From: an uncultured Bacteriovoracaceae bacterium
Lineage (GTDB): Bacteria > Bdellovibrionota > UBA1018
Direction: 5' to 3'
Length of the DNA stretch: 64,000 nt
Assembly (NCBI GenBank): GCA_964364175.1
Contig: CAYILR010000008.1
Span: 32,001 to 96,000 of the forward strand
Shown here: positions 18,557 to 27,995 of the stretch, piece by piece
How positions within the stretch are numbered: the stretch's first letter is position 1
Layout: every line of letters begins with the position of its first letter
Made by a program: the position numbers and the translations under genes
Notes under the pieces: model-generated
What the model was told of the DNA's origin: nothing
Database searches by the model: none
The model's input: the letters and a program-made list of their open reading frames with translations, nothing else

Positions 18557-18705
18557 TATAGGTCCGTGCCTTCCTCGACGACACGACGTCTGAGGGCGAC
18601 ATTGTCCGCTATCACAGCTTGGATGGCTGCTACGACGTCCTGGTCTGTACAGTCCTCGGGTAGCAGCAGGGCGGCCCGAAGCAGATCTGAAAGCGTTGCT
18701 CCCAT
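18484..18705 (-). CDS. small coiled-coil protein (tentative)
   Basis: 73-codon ORF downstream of the helicase gene, overlapping the 3' end of the convergent endonuclease gene by about 70 nt. Confidence 0.35.
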   Translation of the reverse strand: MGATLSDLLRAALLLPEDCTDQDVVAAIQAVIADNVALRRRVVEEGTDLYQELAKARKEIAALVEELRALKGG

Positions 18706-18767
18706 CCATCAGAATAGCAACGGCTGAGCACGACGGCGGAAAAACCGACCGTGCGCGCAGCACGACG

Positions 18768-20267
18768 TCAGAAGACAAGGAGAAGTTGGTCAACTGCGCG
18801 TGTGGTGGCAGTGTAGCCCCAGCGGCGTCTGTCTGGCTCTTCCATCATAGAGAGCGCCCACTCGAAGAACACTGCCACCTTATCAGCTTGTGATCCTTGG
18901 AACTTGTGCGCGGTTATCGCTCCCCCAAAGTCCAGCAAAGCACCTACTGACCACCATGATGAGTGCTTGCCCGGCACCTCATCGAAGCCAGCGAACGTCT
19001 TGTCCCGCAAGAACTGATGCGTGCAGACGTCAATGTCCTCCACGAGGCCGACCGGCTCGTCGAACTCCACTGTCATCTTATAGGTGTGCTGCTGTCCAGG
19101 GGCGCAGGACTTCACGGTGCCACGAAGCCCATTAGCCATGAGGCGCCCGTCATCTAGGCGCTTGTTCTTCAAGCAGATAACGACCTCACCTGGCTGCGGG
19201 TCAATGTCATCGGTGTAGCCGAATTTGTCGTGACGAATGTCGCGATTGAGCGCAGTGCGGAGCTTGTTTGTGTAGGTGATGAGCGCGCCTGGTGGGGCGC
19301 CAAACTCGATGGCTTGCGTCCGGTTCTTGGTGTAACGCACACGAGGATCGTCGATGTCGTCGATGAAGGCTTTGAGCGCTTCGTTGGGAGCGCCGTTACG
19401 GATCAATGTCGAGAGTCGAATGATGGGGTTACCGGCCGCCTGACGATGGATCTTCTCCAACCGGAAGTCTGGGTTGGTCATCAGCCCCGTGGATTCACCT
19501 ACAGGCGGGAGTTGGCCATGATCTCCTACGGCCAAGATCGGCACCCCGAAGCTGCGAAGGGTCTTGAGCACGTCCTGCGAGACCATCGAAGCCTCGTCCA
19601 CGACGACGAGATCACAATCGAGTTCCCGACGCGGCTCCCAACGGATGACCCGCCCAGTCTTTGGGTCCTCTACCGGTTTGTAGACGAGTCCGTGGATGGT
19701 CGTCACCGGCGCATCCAAAACACCACCGCGTGCCAGAGCCTTCTTTAGCACCTGGGCTGCCTTGCCGGTGGGAGTAGCGAAGGCGACAGTCACTCCCTCT
19801 TTGATGAAGTCGTAAGCCACGCGGCCCGTAAGCGCGGTCTTCCCTGTTCCAGCCCAGCCCCCAACTGTGAGGACCTCGATGCCGTCGTTGTTCTTCTGCC
19901 AGGCCATGATGCCGTCGCGGGCCTTCACCTGGTCTGGTGAAGGTGCCCACTCAGCGGGCTCACCGAGAGAGGCGGGCTTTGGTTTCGGCCGACGTCTGAA
20001 CTCGTCATCATCCCGATTTGGGTCGTAGTCCTCTGGGATGATGCTGCGGTGTTCGAGGTACTGAAGATCGACTGGCGGCGGCTCCCAAGTAGGAGGCAAC
20101 GGGATGGTCCAACTCGGCGCCTCCATGACCGATACCTCCAGCGGGCCTCCTGGTACCTGGAACTCGCAACCACACGCACCGCACTTGGCCATAGTGCCCA
20201 TCACACCGTAGCCGGTGGTCGGTGCGCAGCCGTTCGGGCACTTCAGTGGAGGCACGTCCATGGTCAC
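18768..20267 (-). CDS. SF1 DNA helicase, Dda/RecD-like, with N-terminal zinc ribbon
   Basis: Walker A GGWAGTGKTALTG, Walker B VVVDEASMV, later motifs ITAHKFQGSQADKVAVF and TATTRAVDQLLLV, and an N-terminal CPNGC...CGACGC. Confidence 0.8.
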   Translation of the reverse strand: MTMDVPPLKCPNGCAPTTGYGVMGTMAKCGACGCEFQVPGGPLEVSVMEAPSWTIPLPPTWEPPPVDLQYLEHRSIIPEDYDPNRDDDEFRRRPKPKPASLGEPAEWAPSPDQVKARDGIMAWQKNNDGIEVLTVGGWAGTGKTALTGRVAYDFIKEGVTVAFATPTGKAAQVLKKALARGGVLDAPVTTIHGLVYKPVEDPKTGRVIRWEPRRELDCDLVVVDEASMVSQDVLKTLRSFGVPILAVGDHGQLPPVGESTGLMTNPDFRLEKIHRQAAGNPIIRLSTLIRNGAPNEALKAFIDDIDDPRVRYTKNRTQAIEFGAPPGALITYTNKLRTALNRDIRHDKFGYTDDIDPQPGEVVICLKNKRLDDGRLMANGLRGTVKSCAPGQQHTYKMTVEFDEPVGLVEDIDVCTHQFLRDKTFAGFDEVPGKHSSWWSVGALLDFGGAITAHKFQGSQADKVAVFFEWALSMMEEPDRRRWGYTATTRAVDQLLLVF

Positions 20268-20281
20268 GAACCTCTTTTAGC

Positions 20282-20518
20282 CTATTGGGCGAGACGAGCA
20301 AGCTCCTCGCGACCTGTGTCTGTGATGAAGGCCCGGTAGCCTGCCGCGTGCTCCATCGAGCGATTCACGAGCTTCACCCAACCTCGACGGCGGAGCGACT
20401 GCGCTGAAATCGCGTCACTGTGCTCAACGATCAGGCCCTCGTCGCTTGGAGTGGTAGCCGCCCGAGAGAGGATGTCGACCTGTTTTGGAGTCAAAGGATA
20501 GGAGCGAGTACGTGACAT
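20282..20518 (-). CDS. hypothetical protein
   Basis: I prefer the ATG at 20518 (MSRTRSYPL), which overlaps the upstream stop as TGATG; the ORF is open to 20557. Confidence 0.5.
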   Translation of the reverse strand: MSRTRSYPLTPKQVDILSRAATTPSDEGLIVEHSDAISAQSLRRRGWVKLVNRSMEHAAGYRAFITDTGREELARLAQ

Positions 20519-21330
20519 CACGAAGGATTGAAGATCGGCCTTAGAAGAGGCAGCCATTCAGTGGGGGCCGCCTTGAGAAGGCTCCGCCTCGCCTTCTCAA
20601 GCTGAGGGTAAGGGTCACAGGCTTCGAGGGCCTTGCGCAAGGCTTCGTTGGCTTCGGCTTCCTTGTTGAAGTCGATCAGGCTGGCCTGCCGGAAGTCCGC
20701 TCCAACGGCCTCCCTGATGGCACGTAACACCCCCAAAAGCTTGGCCAGCTTCGGGGTCTTGACGACATGGAGGCCCATCTCAAGCTCGTCGTCGTAGCGA
20801 TAACACGCTACCACTAGCGTGACGGCGTTCGGGGTCGGTTGGTTCACGGCGGCCGTAGGACAACCGTGCTTTGGGTCGTTGGGGCCGGCGTACATGACAT
20901 CCGGGGTACCACCGAACCCAGTGTCCAGGTACATGACCTGATCGCCTTTCTCGGAGGCGTAGGCTGCAAGCGTGATGTCTGTGCGACGACCGTTGTCCTC
21001 GATATGGACCGCAGGGAACGTGAACCGTTTGGTGAACTTCGCTTTGATTCTCAAAGTCCTGAGAATGAGCATGTCCACATCGCTGTCAGCGAAACGTTCA
21101 ACATTCTCAGAAAGACCTTTGGTGTAGTCCTTGGTGAGTAGTCGAGGGTCAGCATACTTGGCCTTCACGAGGGCCGAGTTGTGACCTTTCCACAACACCG
21201 CTTTGGCGGACCAAGTGCAGTAGGGCCGGGGTTCGATGAACACGAGGTCGCCGGTTGGAACTGCTGTCGTACTCGATCCGAACAGCGGCTTCATGCCTGA
21301 CGGGGGAACCGATGCCTTGGATTTTCCCAT
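20518..21330 (-). CDS. hypothetical protein
   Basis: 270-codon ORF that directly abuts the upstream gene (21331). Confidence 0.6.
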   Translation of the reverse strand: MGKSKASVPPSGMKPLFGSSTTAVPTGDLVFIEPRPYCTWSAKAVLWKGHNSALVKAKYADPRLLTKDYTKGLSENVERFADSDVDMLILRTLRIKAKFTKRFTFPAVHIEDNGRRTDITLAAYASEKGDQVMYLDTGFGGTPDVMYAGPNDPKHGCPTAAVNQPTPNAVTLVVACYRYDDELEMGLHVVKTPKLAKLLGVLRAIREAVGADFRQASLIDFNKEAEANEALRKALEACDPYPQLEKARRSLLKAAPTEWLPLLRPIFNPS

Positions 21331-21738
21331 TCAGTCCTCACCTTTGGCACGCGCGAAGGCTACAGGGTCCAACAGACGGAGCGCTTCTTCAAGGGGCTTC
21401 GCAACCCACGTCACCTCGTCATCGTTGGCCTCGGTCCAGAGGGCCAGGAGCTTGGCTACCGCTTCTGGAGGAGCACCGAGGGCGGCGTCGAGGTCTTCGA
21501 TCGCGTCGATGTCGGCGGGCGTGCTGGAGTCACTGGAGTCGACCCATTCAATCGCCTTCATGGCTGCGGCGACCTTCAGCAGCAGGGCGCCGAGTCGGTG
21601 GCGCTCCGAGCGCTGTTTCTCGTTGAGGTCCGGTTTCTCTCGCGCATAGAGCGTGCGGTCCTCCAACAGAGCCTCGGCGCACTCTTTCATCTTGATGAAG
21701 CTGTAGTCCCAGGACCCGCCGCTCATGTTGCACCCCAC
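21331..21738 (-). CDS. hypothetical protein
   Basis: 135-codon ORF in the same minus-strand operon. Confidence 0.55.
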   Translation of the reverse strand: MGCNMSGGSWDYSFIKMKECAEALLEDRTLYAREKPDLNEKQRSERHRLGALLLKVAAAMKAIEWVDSSDSSTPADIDAIEDLDAALGAPPEAVAKLLALWTEANDDEVTWVAKPLEEALRLLDPVAFARAKGED

Positions 21739-21932
21739 GTTTCAAGAACCAGGCGGCCTTTGTCGGAGACAGAGAAGACGTCGCCATCGACATCAAGCAG
21801 GCCGTGCCACAAGAGGGCTCCGGTCTCTATAGGGTCCTGGACGTCGTTCAGAGCTACACGGCCCTTGGCTCGGATGTGCCGAAGGGCTCGCTTGCAGTCT
21901 TCGTTGTCAATCTCTGGTGGAATGGTGGTCAC
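21723..21932 (-). CDS. hypothetical protein
   Basis: 69-codon ORF with short overlaps to both neighbours. Confidence 0.45.
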   Translation of the reverse strand: MTTIPPEIDNEDCKRALRHIRAKGRVALNDVQDPIETGALLWHGLLDVDGDVFSVSDKGRLVLETWGAT

Positions 21933-22639
21933 AGCCCTGCTTCTTGACGCTTTTGTTTCAACTGCGCCTCCAACCGCTCAACGTCTTGACGTGCGCGCTC
22001 TTTGATGTGCTCGGCCTCTTTGAGGCGCATTTCCTCGTCGTTCTTTTGTTTGCTCACGCGCCACGCATCACCCTCGTAGGATCGCAGGCACAGGAAGATG
22101 AAGGCCCATACTTCCTCTCGGTCACCTAGCTCTACCGAGAAGCGCATCTTGTCGCTTTCGCTGTAGTAGCCGAAGACCAAGTCGCCGGGGAAGCCCTCGA
22201 AGTAGCACGAGACGAGATGGTCGCCAGCGTATCTCGGGGCTGTAGGCGGGTCCCCGCGGAACAGGCCGATTGGATCGATGTCGATCGGCTTGTCGCTGAT
22301 GACCGAGACTTTCCAGTTGTAGAAATTGCCGCGAAGGACGAAGCGAATGCCCTTTCCAGGCGGCTCCAGCGAGTAGACCGCCAGAGGACACGATTTCGAC
22401 ATGTGCTCAGAAACGACTTTGACATGTGAGCCGTCTTTGCGATGCTCGTATTCGACACCACGGCACACGTTCGCGCCCAGTACATCGCGCACGTAGATGG
22501 CCTGGTCGAGCGCGCCCTTGAAGTAGATCAAGTCGTTCTGCTTCTCTTCGCCTTTCTCGTCAAGATACGTCTTGTTGATCCAAGCTTGCAGCGAGTCAGG
22601 GTGTAGCTCTCTTGTCACTTGATCCTCACAGTCTGTCAT
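21929..22639 (-). CDS. hypothetical protein
   Basis: 236-codon ORF with a 4-nt overlap to the next gene. Confidence 0.6.
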   Translation of the reverse strand: MTDCEDQVTRELHPDSLQAWINKTYLDEKGEEKQNDLIYFKGALDQAIYVRDVLGANVCRGVEYEHRKDGSHVKVVSEHMSKSCPLAVYSLEPPGKGIRFVLRGNFYNWKVSVISDKPIDIDPIGLFRGDPPTAPRYAGDHLVSCYFEGFPGDLVFGYYSESDKMRFSVELGDREEVWAFIFLCLRSYEGDAWRVSKQKNDEEMRLKEAEHIKERARQDVERLEAQLKQKRQEAGL

Positions 22640-23470
22640 TCACATGAACACCAATTTCGTGCCGTCGGAGGCTTCTACCTCATGGCGGACGAAGTCGGCG
22701 TCGAGCATCTCGCGCCAGCGTTCCTTGGTGGTCTTCTGGTAGCCGAAAACGGAAGCGTTGGGTTCACACCAGGCGCAAAGCTCGTCGAGGGTGGCGAACA
22801 CCGGCGACATCGGTGATCCTTCGTTTGTTGTTGTCCACAACTGGTAGCCTTCGCCTTTGGGCGGGTCCGTGCTCGTCCAGGCTTCGTGGGCCTCGTAGAT
22901 GGCCGGGTCGATGTTATGGCCCTTGCAGACCGGGCAGATGCCCCAGTTGTCGTCTTCCTTGACCCCAGCGAACTCCTTGAGGCGTTTGGCTAGGCTCCAA
23001 GCGAAGCCACCTCCCATCATCACCCTGGCCTTCTTCCCGGCCAGAGCCTCAATGAGGTGCTGAAGCTCGGGGGTCAGGGGGAGGAGCTTCGGCGGATGGG
23101 CTCTGTACGCACGCTCGAAGGCCAGGTTGCGCTGAACCTCGTCCTGCGGGTCCTTGTCCCGGATGGCTTGGATCACAGCGTCAGGGACCGACGTGCGCGG
23201 CGCCTGAGACCACTCCTCCAGGTACGGATGAGGGTAGATGCAGCCGCGTGCGCGGCGCTCCTCGGCTTGCGGCGCCTCCAGGGCCTGCTCGGCGAGCAAG
23301 CCCATCAGGCGGCAGATCGACTCCAGCCACTGCCCGGCCGCCGTGTGTCCGTTGAAGCAGGTCTTACCCTCCTCGGGGCAGGAGGCTCGATGCGGGTTGA
23401 GGTAGCCTGCCCAGATCTTATTGATCGGCCAATCGAAGTTCAATGGAACACGTTTGAGTTCACGACCCAT
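22640..23470 (-). CDS. hypothetical protein
   Basis: 276-codon ORF that abuts the downstream gene without a gap. Confidence 0.6.
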   Translation of the reverse strand: MGRELKRVPLNFDWPINKIWAGYLNPHRASCPEEGKTCFNGHTAAGQWLESICRLMGLLAEQALEAPQAEERRARGCIYPHPYLEEWSQAPRTSVPDAVIQAIRDKDPQDEVQRNLAFERAYRAHPPKLLPLTPELQHLIEALAGKKARVMMGGGFAWSLAKRLKEFAGVKEDDNWGICPVCKGHNIDPAIYEAHEAWTSTDPPKGEGYQLWTTTNEGSPMSPVFATLDELCAWCEPNASVFGYQKTTKERWREMLDADFVRHEVEASDGTKLVFM

Positions 23471-23720
23471 TAGTCACCTTCTCCTTCTGGAACGGCTTGT
23501 AGTCGCGGAGGTCTTGCATGTCGATGTGGTGGCGCCAGAGCTTGTCGACAAGCTCGACTGGCCACAAGACGTCAGTCTCGCGCCAGTCGCGGTCGTTGGC
23601 CTTGAACTTCCCGGCCTCGTCGATGTGGTTCGTGTAACCATGGCCTTCCGGGCACCACCAGGTCACGCAGTTGCCGGTGAAGACCCGGCTGTCCTGGACG
23701 TAGTAGAGAGATTCAGCCAT
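23460..23720 (-). CDS. hypothetical protein
   Basis: 86-codon ORF in the operon. Confidence 0.5.
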   Translation of the reverse strand: MAESLYYVQDSRVFTGNCVTWWCPEGHGYTNHIDEAGKFKANDRDWRETDVLWPVELVDKLWRHHIDMQDLRDYKPFQKEKVTNGS

Positions 23721-24101
23721 CGGGAGTCGGTCTCACGATCTCGACCACGCAGCCGGGCTTGTGCTTCTCGTTGGCGTCGACGACGGCGCCACAGTCGGCG
23801 CAGTAGCGATAGCCAGAGCCGTAGGTCCCGCGGAGTCGGCCTTGTAGGCGTGCTTCTTCACGAAGGCGATGAGAGCGTCGACAGGCGGCTTGTCGTCGTC
23901 CTCCAGCTTCTCGATCTTGGCTTCGAGGTCCGCGATGTACGCCTTGGCGACGCACAGGCACATCTCGTCAGTGAGCCCGCACTTCCGGCAGGGCACCTTG
24001 CGGGCGGTGACGCCTTCTAATGCCTCATCCATACACCGCTCACACGGATGATTCTGTCCATGGCGAAAGCAATGTTTGGCGTGGGCGTCCTTCTCAGTCA
24101 T
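23713..24101 (-). pseudogene. Cys-rich protein split over two frames (frameshift, sequencing indel or recoding)
   Basis: Frame A (24101 down to about 23835) reads coding-like: MTEKDAHAKHCFRHGQNHPCERCMDE...FVKKHAYKADSA. The adjacent frame then reads GTYGSGYRYCADCGAVVDANEKHKPGCVVEIVRPTPDG to 23713. The switch lies at CCGCGGG near 23830. Confidence 0.4.
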
Positions 24102-24424
24102 GGTTCCACCTGCTCTCCACGAGGGGACCAGAAATACTCGTCGTAGCTAGCGTCTTGAAACCTCTTGAGGCGCCACATGTCGAACTCCTCGCCAACGATC
24201 CAGTCGTAGGCGTCGGAGAGGTCGTCACCGCGCGTGGTGATTTTCACCCGGAACGCCTCACCGGGAACGATGACGGCGACGACCTTGCCCGCAAGCTTGG
24301 CGGCCGTGTCGCCGAACCACACGGTGACCTCGTCGTTGATGCCAATGTTGTGGTCGACGCTGGCCGAGGTCATGGACCCTCCCACCAAGAACGATCGAAC
24401 GCCGACATACCACAGACGGAGCAT
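24098..24424 (-). CDS. hypothetical protein
   Basis: 108-codon ORF; the true start may be the internal ATG (MTSASVDH). Confidence 0.5.
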   Translation of the reverse strand: MLRLWYVGVRSFLVGGSMTSASVDHNIGINDEVTVWFGDTAAKLAGKVVAVIVPGEAFRVKITTRGDDLSDAYDWIVGEEFDMWRLKRFQDASYDEYFWSPRGEQVEP

Positions 24425-24753
24425 GACGACGATGAGCCGGACTCACGTTGGCCAGTACCTTTGCACTTGGGGCAGTTGAGGACGCCGCCGTGAGGTGAGC
24501 ACGTTCCGGTCCCGCCGCACAGGCGGCATTCACTCATGATCTTGGCCTCGGGGCCTTCGTGGTCGCACTTGTGATCCGTAGGAGGCCCGCAGGCGAAGAC
24601 CGTGATTGCGCTCCTCTCAGGCTCCTCGGGGCCGTAGCGCAGCTTGCCACCGCTCTCGGCGATGAGCTTGTCGATCGTCTCAAAGGCTTTGGCAAGCTTG
24701 GACTTCGGCGGCTTCTCATCGGTCACGGGAGCAACCAAAGTGCATCGTCCCAT
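24370..24753 (-). CDS. small protein with DnaJ-type CxxCxGxG zinc knuckles
   Basis: CRLCGGTGTC...CPKCKGTGQ. I prefer the ATG at 24753 (MGRCTLV); the ORF is open to 24822. Confidence 0.5.
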   Translation of the reverse strand: MGRCTLVAPVTDEKPPKSKLAKAFETIDKLIAESGGKLRYGPEEPERSAITVFACGPPTDHKCDHEGPEAKIMSECRLCGGTGTCSPHGGVLNCPKCKGTGQRESGSSSSCSVCGMSAFDRSWWEGP

Positions 24754-25088
24754 GGGCACTCGTTCTTGCGGATCGACTCCCACTCCTGGTCGGTGGGCGC
24801 GCGAAACGCGCCTTCCAGCCACGAGTCGTACTCATTCATGTCGGGAGTGTGGTGGTGGACCGTCTTGATCGTACCTTCCCAGATGCTGATCCCTTCGGGA
24901 GCGTCGTCGAGGCCGAGGAGATCGAGGTCGCTGACACCAGCCTCGTCGATCATGGAGTCGACGTGCGGTCCAGCCGAGAACAGGACGCAGCCACGTCCCA
25001 TGCCTTGGACGACGACAGCCAGCGACGGCTTCGACCAGTCGAGCTTGGGCGGCGGCGGACCTTCGTCCATCTGGGAGAAGTCGGTCAC
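24723..25088 (-). CDS. hypothetical protein
   Basis: The GTG at 25088 overlaps the upstream stop as GTGA. The upstream part of the 268-codon track ORF is Arg/Ser-rich and looks non-coding. Confidence 0.5.
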   Translation of the reverse strand: MTDFSQMDEGPPPPKLDWSKPSLAVVVQGMGRGCVLFSAGPHVDSMIDEAGVSDLDLLGLDDAPEGISIWEGTIKTVHHHTPDMNEYDSWLEGAFRAPTDQEWESIRKNECPWDDALWLLP

Positions 25089-25351
25089 TTTCGCGCCCTC
25101 GCCTGCTCCCTCACGCGGAACATGGTCTTCACGAGCTTGGCGCCCTTGAACGGAGTCGGCACGATGATGACGAGCCGGACTCCATTCAGTTGACGCCAGA
25201 CCACGCCCTGCCCATCGGGTGTGTCGACCCCGTTGTAGAGCACCTGCTCGAAAGCGTGTTCGTTGATGTCGTCCTCCTCTGCACGAGCTTGCGCGTGCCG
25301 ACTGACGGCGACGTTGCCAACTCCGGGAACATCGGGCCAGTAGTGCTTCAT
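25085..25351 (-). CDS. hypothetical protein
   Basis: ATG at 25351 (MKHYWPDVPG); coding-like only from this point onward. Confidence 0.5.
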   Translation of the reverse strand: MKHYWPDVPGVGNVAVSRHAQARAEEDDINEHAFEQVLYNGVDTPDGQGVVWRQLNGVRLVIIVPTPFKGAKLVKTMFRVREQARARK

Positions 25352-25737
25352 GACTTGTCCTCGACGAGCTTGATGAGCGCCTGGATGGCCTGACGCTCTG
25401 GCTTTGCAGGCAAGTGCATGTAGACCGTGTGCGTGCGCTGCGAGACGTCCGGCTCCTCGCAAAGCTGTCGCAGCGCGCCAAGGGCGCGGCGGAGCTTCTT
25501 CCGGAGCGAAGCGGTGAGGACGACGTCACCTGCGCTCAGATTCTCCATGCGGAAGTCCAACACCAACGGCATCAGGGTAGGTGCGCCGTGGCCGGTCTGG
25601 ATCCGATGGTACCAGGCATTCTCAGGCAACGTCGCGCCATGGGCACAGTCCGAGCACTGCCACATCTGCCCTTGAGGCGGATCGGCCAGCGTCGGCGTCG
25701 TCGCAGGATCGAGCTTTAGTGTGGGCGGTCTGGTCAT
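25348..25737 (-). CDS. hypothetical protein
   Basis: 129-codon ORF with 4-nt overlaps on both sides. Confidence 0.55.
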   Translation of the reverse strand: MTRPPTLKLDPATTPTLADPPQGQMWQCSDCAHGATLPENAWYHRIQTGHGAPTLMPLVLDFRMENLSAGDVVLTASLRKKLRRALGALRQLCEEPDVSQRTHTVYMHLPAKPERQAIQALIKLVEDKS

Positions 25738-26261
25738 GGCTTCGACTTCACCAGATCGTTGAGCCTCTTGGCCGCGGTGTCCACGGGGCTCAGCGCGGCC
25801 AAGAGGCTGGCGGCGGCGTCACGAAGGTTCTCAGCGGCGATGTCCTGGGCCTGGGCCTTGAGGCGGGTGATGAGGGTCTCGGCCAGGACGTCGAGGTCGT
25901 GTTCTTCCTCGGCCAGCGGCTCGGCGCCCAAGGCTTCGGCCATGTGGTCGCAGAACACCTTGACCTTTTGCCGAAGCGCCGTCAGCGGGTGCTGCTCACA
26001 AGTCTGGATGTGCTCGGTCAGCGCCGCGTGCTTGGCTGCGGGCGTGCCGTCCTGGTACTGGTGGCCGCAGTAGACGCAGGTGAGAATCCTAGCTGTTGCG
26101 ACCTCCTTGACCGTCTTCTCGGCCCACTCCTGCGCCTGTTGGGTCTCGGCTCTGGCGATCGAGATGCGCCGTAGGAGGCTCCGGGCGAAGCCGTCCGCGT
26201 CCTTCCAGAGCAGCTTCTCTTCTGCGTCGAGGTGTTGGGGTGCATCGTGCATGGTCGTCAT
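25734..26261 (-). CDS. hypothetical protein
   Basis: 175-codon ORF in the operon. Confidence 0.6.
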   Translation of the reverse strand: MTTMHDAPQHLDAEEKLLWKDADGFARSLLRRISIARAETQQAQEWAEKTVKEVATARILTCVYCGHQYQDGTPAAKHAALTEHIQTCEQHPLTALRQKVKVFCDHMAEALGAEPLAEEEHDLDVLAETLITRLKAQAQDIAAENLRDAAASLLAALSPVDTAAKRLNDLVKSKP

Positions 26262-26536
26262 TTTTCGCCCCAGAAGATGCCGTGTTTGAGCCGTTCCTTC
26301 TTGATCTCGACCTCGGCCTGGAGCGCGAGAAGGTTGCGGGCGATCTCGGCGAGGCGAACCGGATCTGGTGGAGCAGGGAGAGGCTTCTTGAAGCTCTCCG
26401 GGTCGGCCATGGCGACGACGCTGACGACCTTCTGCAAGATCACCTCCGCCTTCTTCAAGCGTCGGTTCACGAGCGTCAGGCGCACCGACATCGAGATGCA
26501 GCCGAGCGTGAGGAGGGTCAAGAATGCTTCGATCAT
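26258..26536 (-). CDS. small membrane protein
   Basis: The ATG at 26536 (MIEAFLTLLTLGCISMSVRLTLV) overlaps the upstream stop as ATGA; the N-terminus is hydrophobic. Confidence 0.5.
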   Translation of the reverse strand: MIEAFLTLLTLGCISMSVRLTLVNRRLKKAEVILQKVVSVVAMADPESFKKPLPAPPDPVRLAEIARNLLALQAEVEIKKERLKHGIFWGEK

Positions 26537-27582
26537 GTGGTCTTTTTCCAGGACGGCGGTTGCCGCAGGTTGCCGGGCGGGTTGTAGCTCCTCAGCACCT
26601 GCTCTCCGGTCTGGGTCTGCCCGCCTCCTACGTTGAAAACCGCGGTCTGCCCCTTCGGGCAATGCTCGCAGGGCAGGTCGTTGTTGCCGGTCTCGATGAC
26701 GCCGGTGTCGTTGCAGTGAGGGCAGAACCGCAGCTTCTCACCAATCTCGATGGCTTTGGTGAAGACGCGGCCCGTGGCCTCAACAAATGTCTTGAGAGGA
26801 GCCAGTCCATCCTGGACGCCTTCCCGGATGGCCTGACGCAGCGCCTCCAGGTCTTCGGGGCTGATGGCGGCTGTCTCGTCGAGAGCGGCGCGGGCTTTCT
26901 TGCCGGGGCGGTGGGCACCATCGATCTCCTCGAAGTCTTCGAGGAAGGGGCCGTGTGGGGGATCGCCCATGAAGCCGATCGCGAAGTAGGTCTCCGGATC
27001 AGCATAGAAGGTCAGGGCCTGGATCATCCGCCCGATGTGGCGGCCCATGCGCTTGGTCTTGTCCTTCGTCTTGGCGAGCGCGGCGTCCTTCTCGGCCAGG
27101 GCTTCATCGCGCGCCTTCTCGGCGTAGGCCACGCGCTCTTGAAGCTCGGTGCAAAGCTCCAAGAGGTGCTTGTTGCCGAGCGACGCGACCTCACGTTCCA
27201 GGTCACCGCGCATCCTCCCGGCAACCAGCAGATCTTGTGTCATAGCCGAGCGCATCTCGGTGATCTCAGCTTCAAGCTCCTTGACCCGCATGGCCTGGCG
27301 TTCCGTGCCCAGCACGAAGCCACCAGCTTGCGGCCCTTCCGGTGTGGCTGAGACCTCTCGCAGCTTGAAATGCGAGATGACGGTCGGCGCCTTGGCTGCG
27401 CTCTCCAGGGCTTCCTCGACGACGACGAGCGCGATGCTGAGCCCCGTCTTCATGGCGCTCTCGATCGTGCCGGTGTTCTCGTCTCGGGGCAGCGGGATCG
27501 TGGCTCTGGCTTTGCGGAGTCGATCTGCCACGTCTTGCAGGGTTCGGATGGTCACTTCGTATCCTTTCTGTCTTTGCCCCAC
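26533..27582 (-). CDS. coiled-coil protein with C-terminal Cys cluster
   Basis: 349-codon ORF containing CPHCNDTGV...CEHCPKGQ. Confidence 0.6.
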   Translation of the reverse strand: MGQRQKGYEVTIRTLQDVADRLRKARATIPLPRDENTGTIESAMKTGLSIALVVVEEALESAAKAPTVISHFKLREVSATPEGPQAGGFVLGTERQAMRVKELEAEITEMRSAMTQDLLVAGRMRGDLEREVASLGNKHLLELCTELQERVAYAEKARDEALAEKDAALAKTKDKTKRMGRHIGRMIQALTFYADPETYFAIGFMGDPPHGPFLEDFEEIDGAHRPGKKARAALDETAAISPEDLEALRQAIREGVQDGLAPLKTFVEATGRVFTKAIEIGEKLRFCPHCNDTGVIETGNNDLPCEHCPKGQTAVFNVGGGQTQTGEQVLRSYNPPGNLRQPPSWKKTT

Positions 27583-27893
27583 TCTTGGTCATCGAGCACG
27601 AGACCGAACTTGGTTGCCGCGGCCTTGAGTGGAAACCAGTGATGGTGGTTGCCGGTCTCGCGCCAGAGCTTGCGGATGCGTTCGTGGATGGCCTCCAACG
27701 GCTCATCGACCTTCTCAATCGTGACCCGGTACTTCTCGACAGAAACCGTGCCATTCCAACACGAAGGTTCCTCCTGCCGCATCTGACCGAGGCGGTAGCC
27801 GTCAACGTTTTGAAAAGTCTCGACGATGATGGGGTACTGCGGCCCCGTCGGTTTGGGCGTGGCCTTCTTCCTCGACGCCTTGGCCTTGGTCAT
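27552..27893 (-). CDS. hypothetical protein
   Basis: 113-codon ORF, first gene downstream of the promoter at 27956-27983. Confidence 0.55.
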   Translation of the reverse strand: MTKAKASRKKATPKPTGPQYPIIVETFQNVDGYRLGQMRQEEPSCWNGTVSVEKYRVTIEKVDEPLEAIHERIRKLWRETGNHHHWFPLKAAATKFGLVLDDQEWGKDRKDTK

Positions 27894-27955
27894 CGCACCC
27901 TCTTGAGTGTCCCGGTGGGGTTGTGGCTCACGTCATCGTGGGCGTCCATGGACCC

Positions 27956-27983
27956 ATTTTAGACATTGTGCTTGAAGCGTCAA
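27956..27983 (-). promoter_or_regulatory. sigma-70-type promoter (TTGACG, 16-nt spacer, TAAAAT)
   Basis: The minus strand reads CGCTTGACGCTTCAAGCACAATGTCTAAAAT. Confidence 0.55.
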
Positions 27984-27995
27984 GCGACTTTGACG

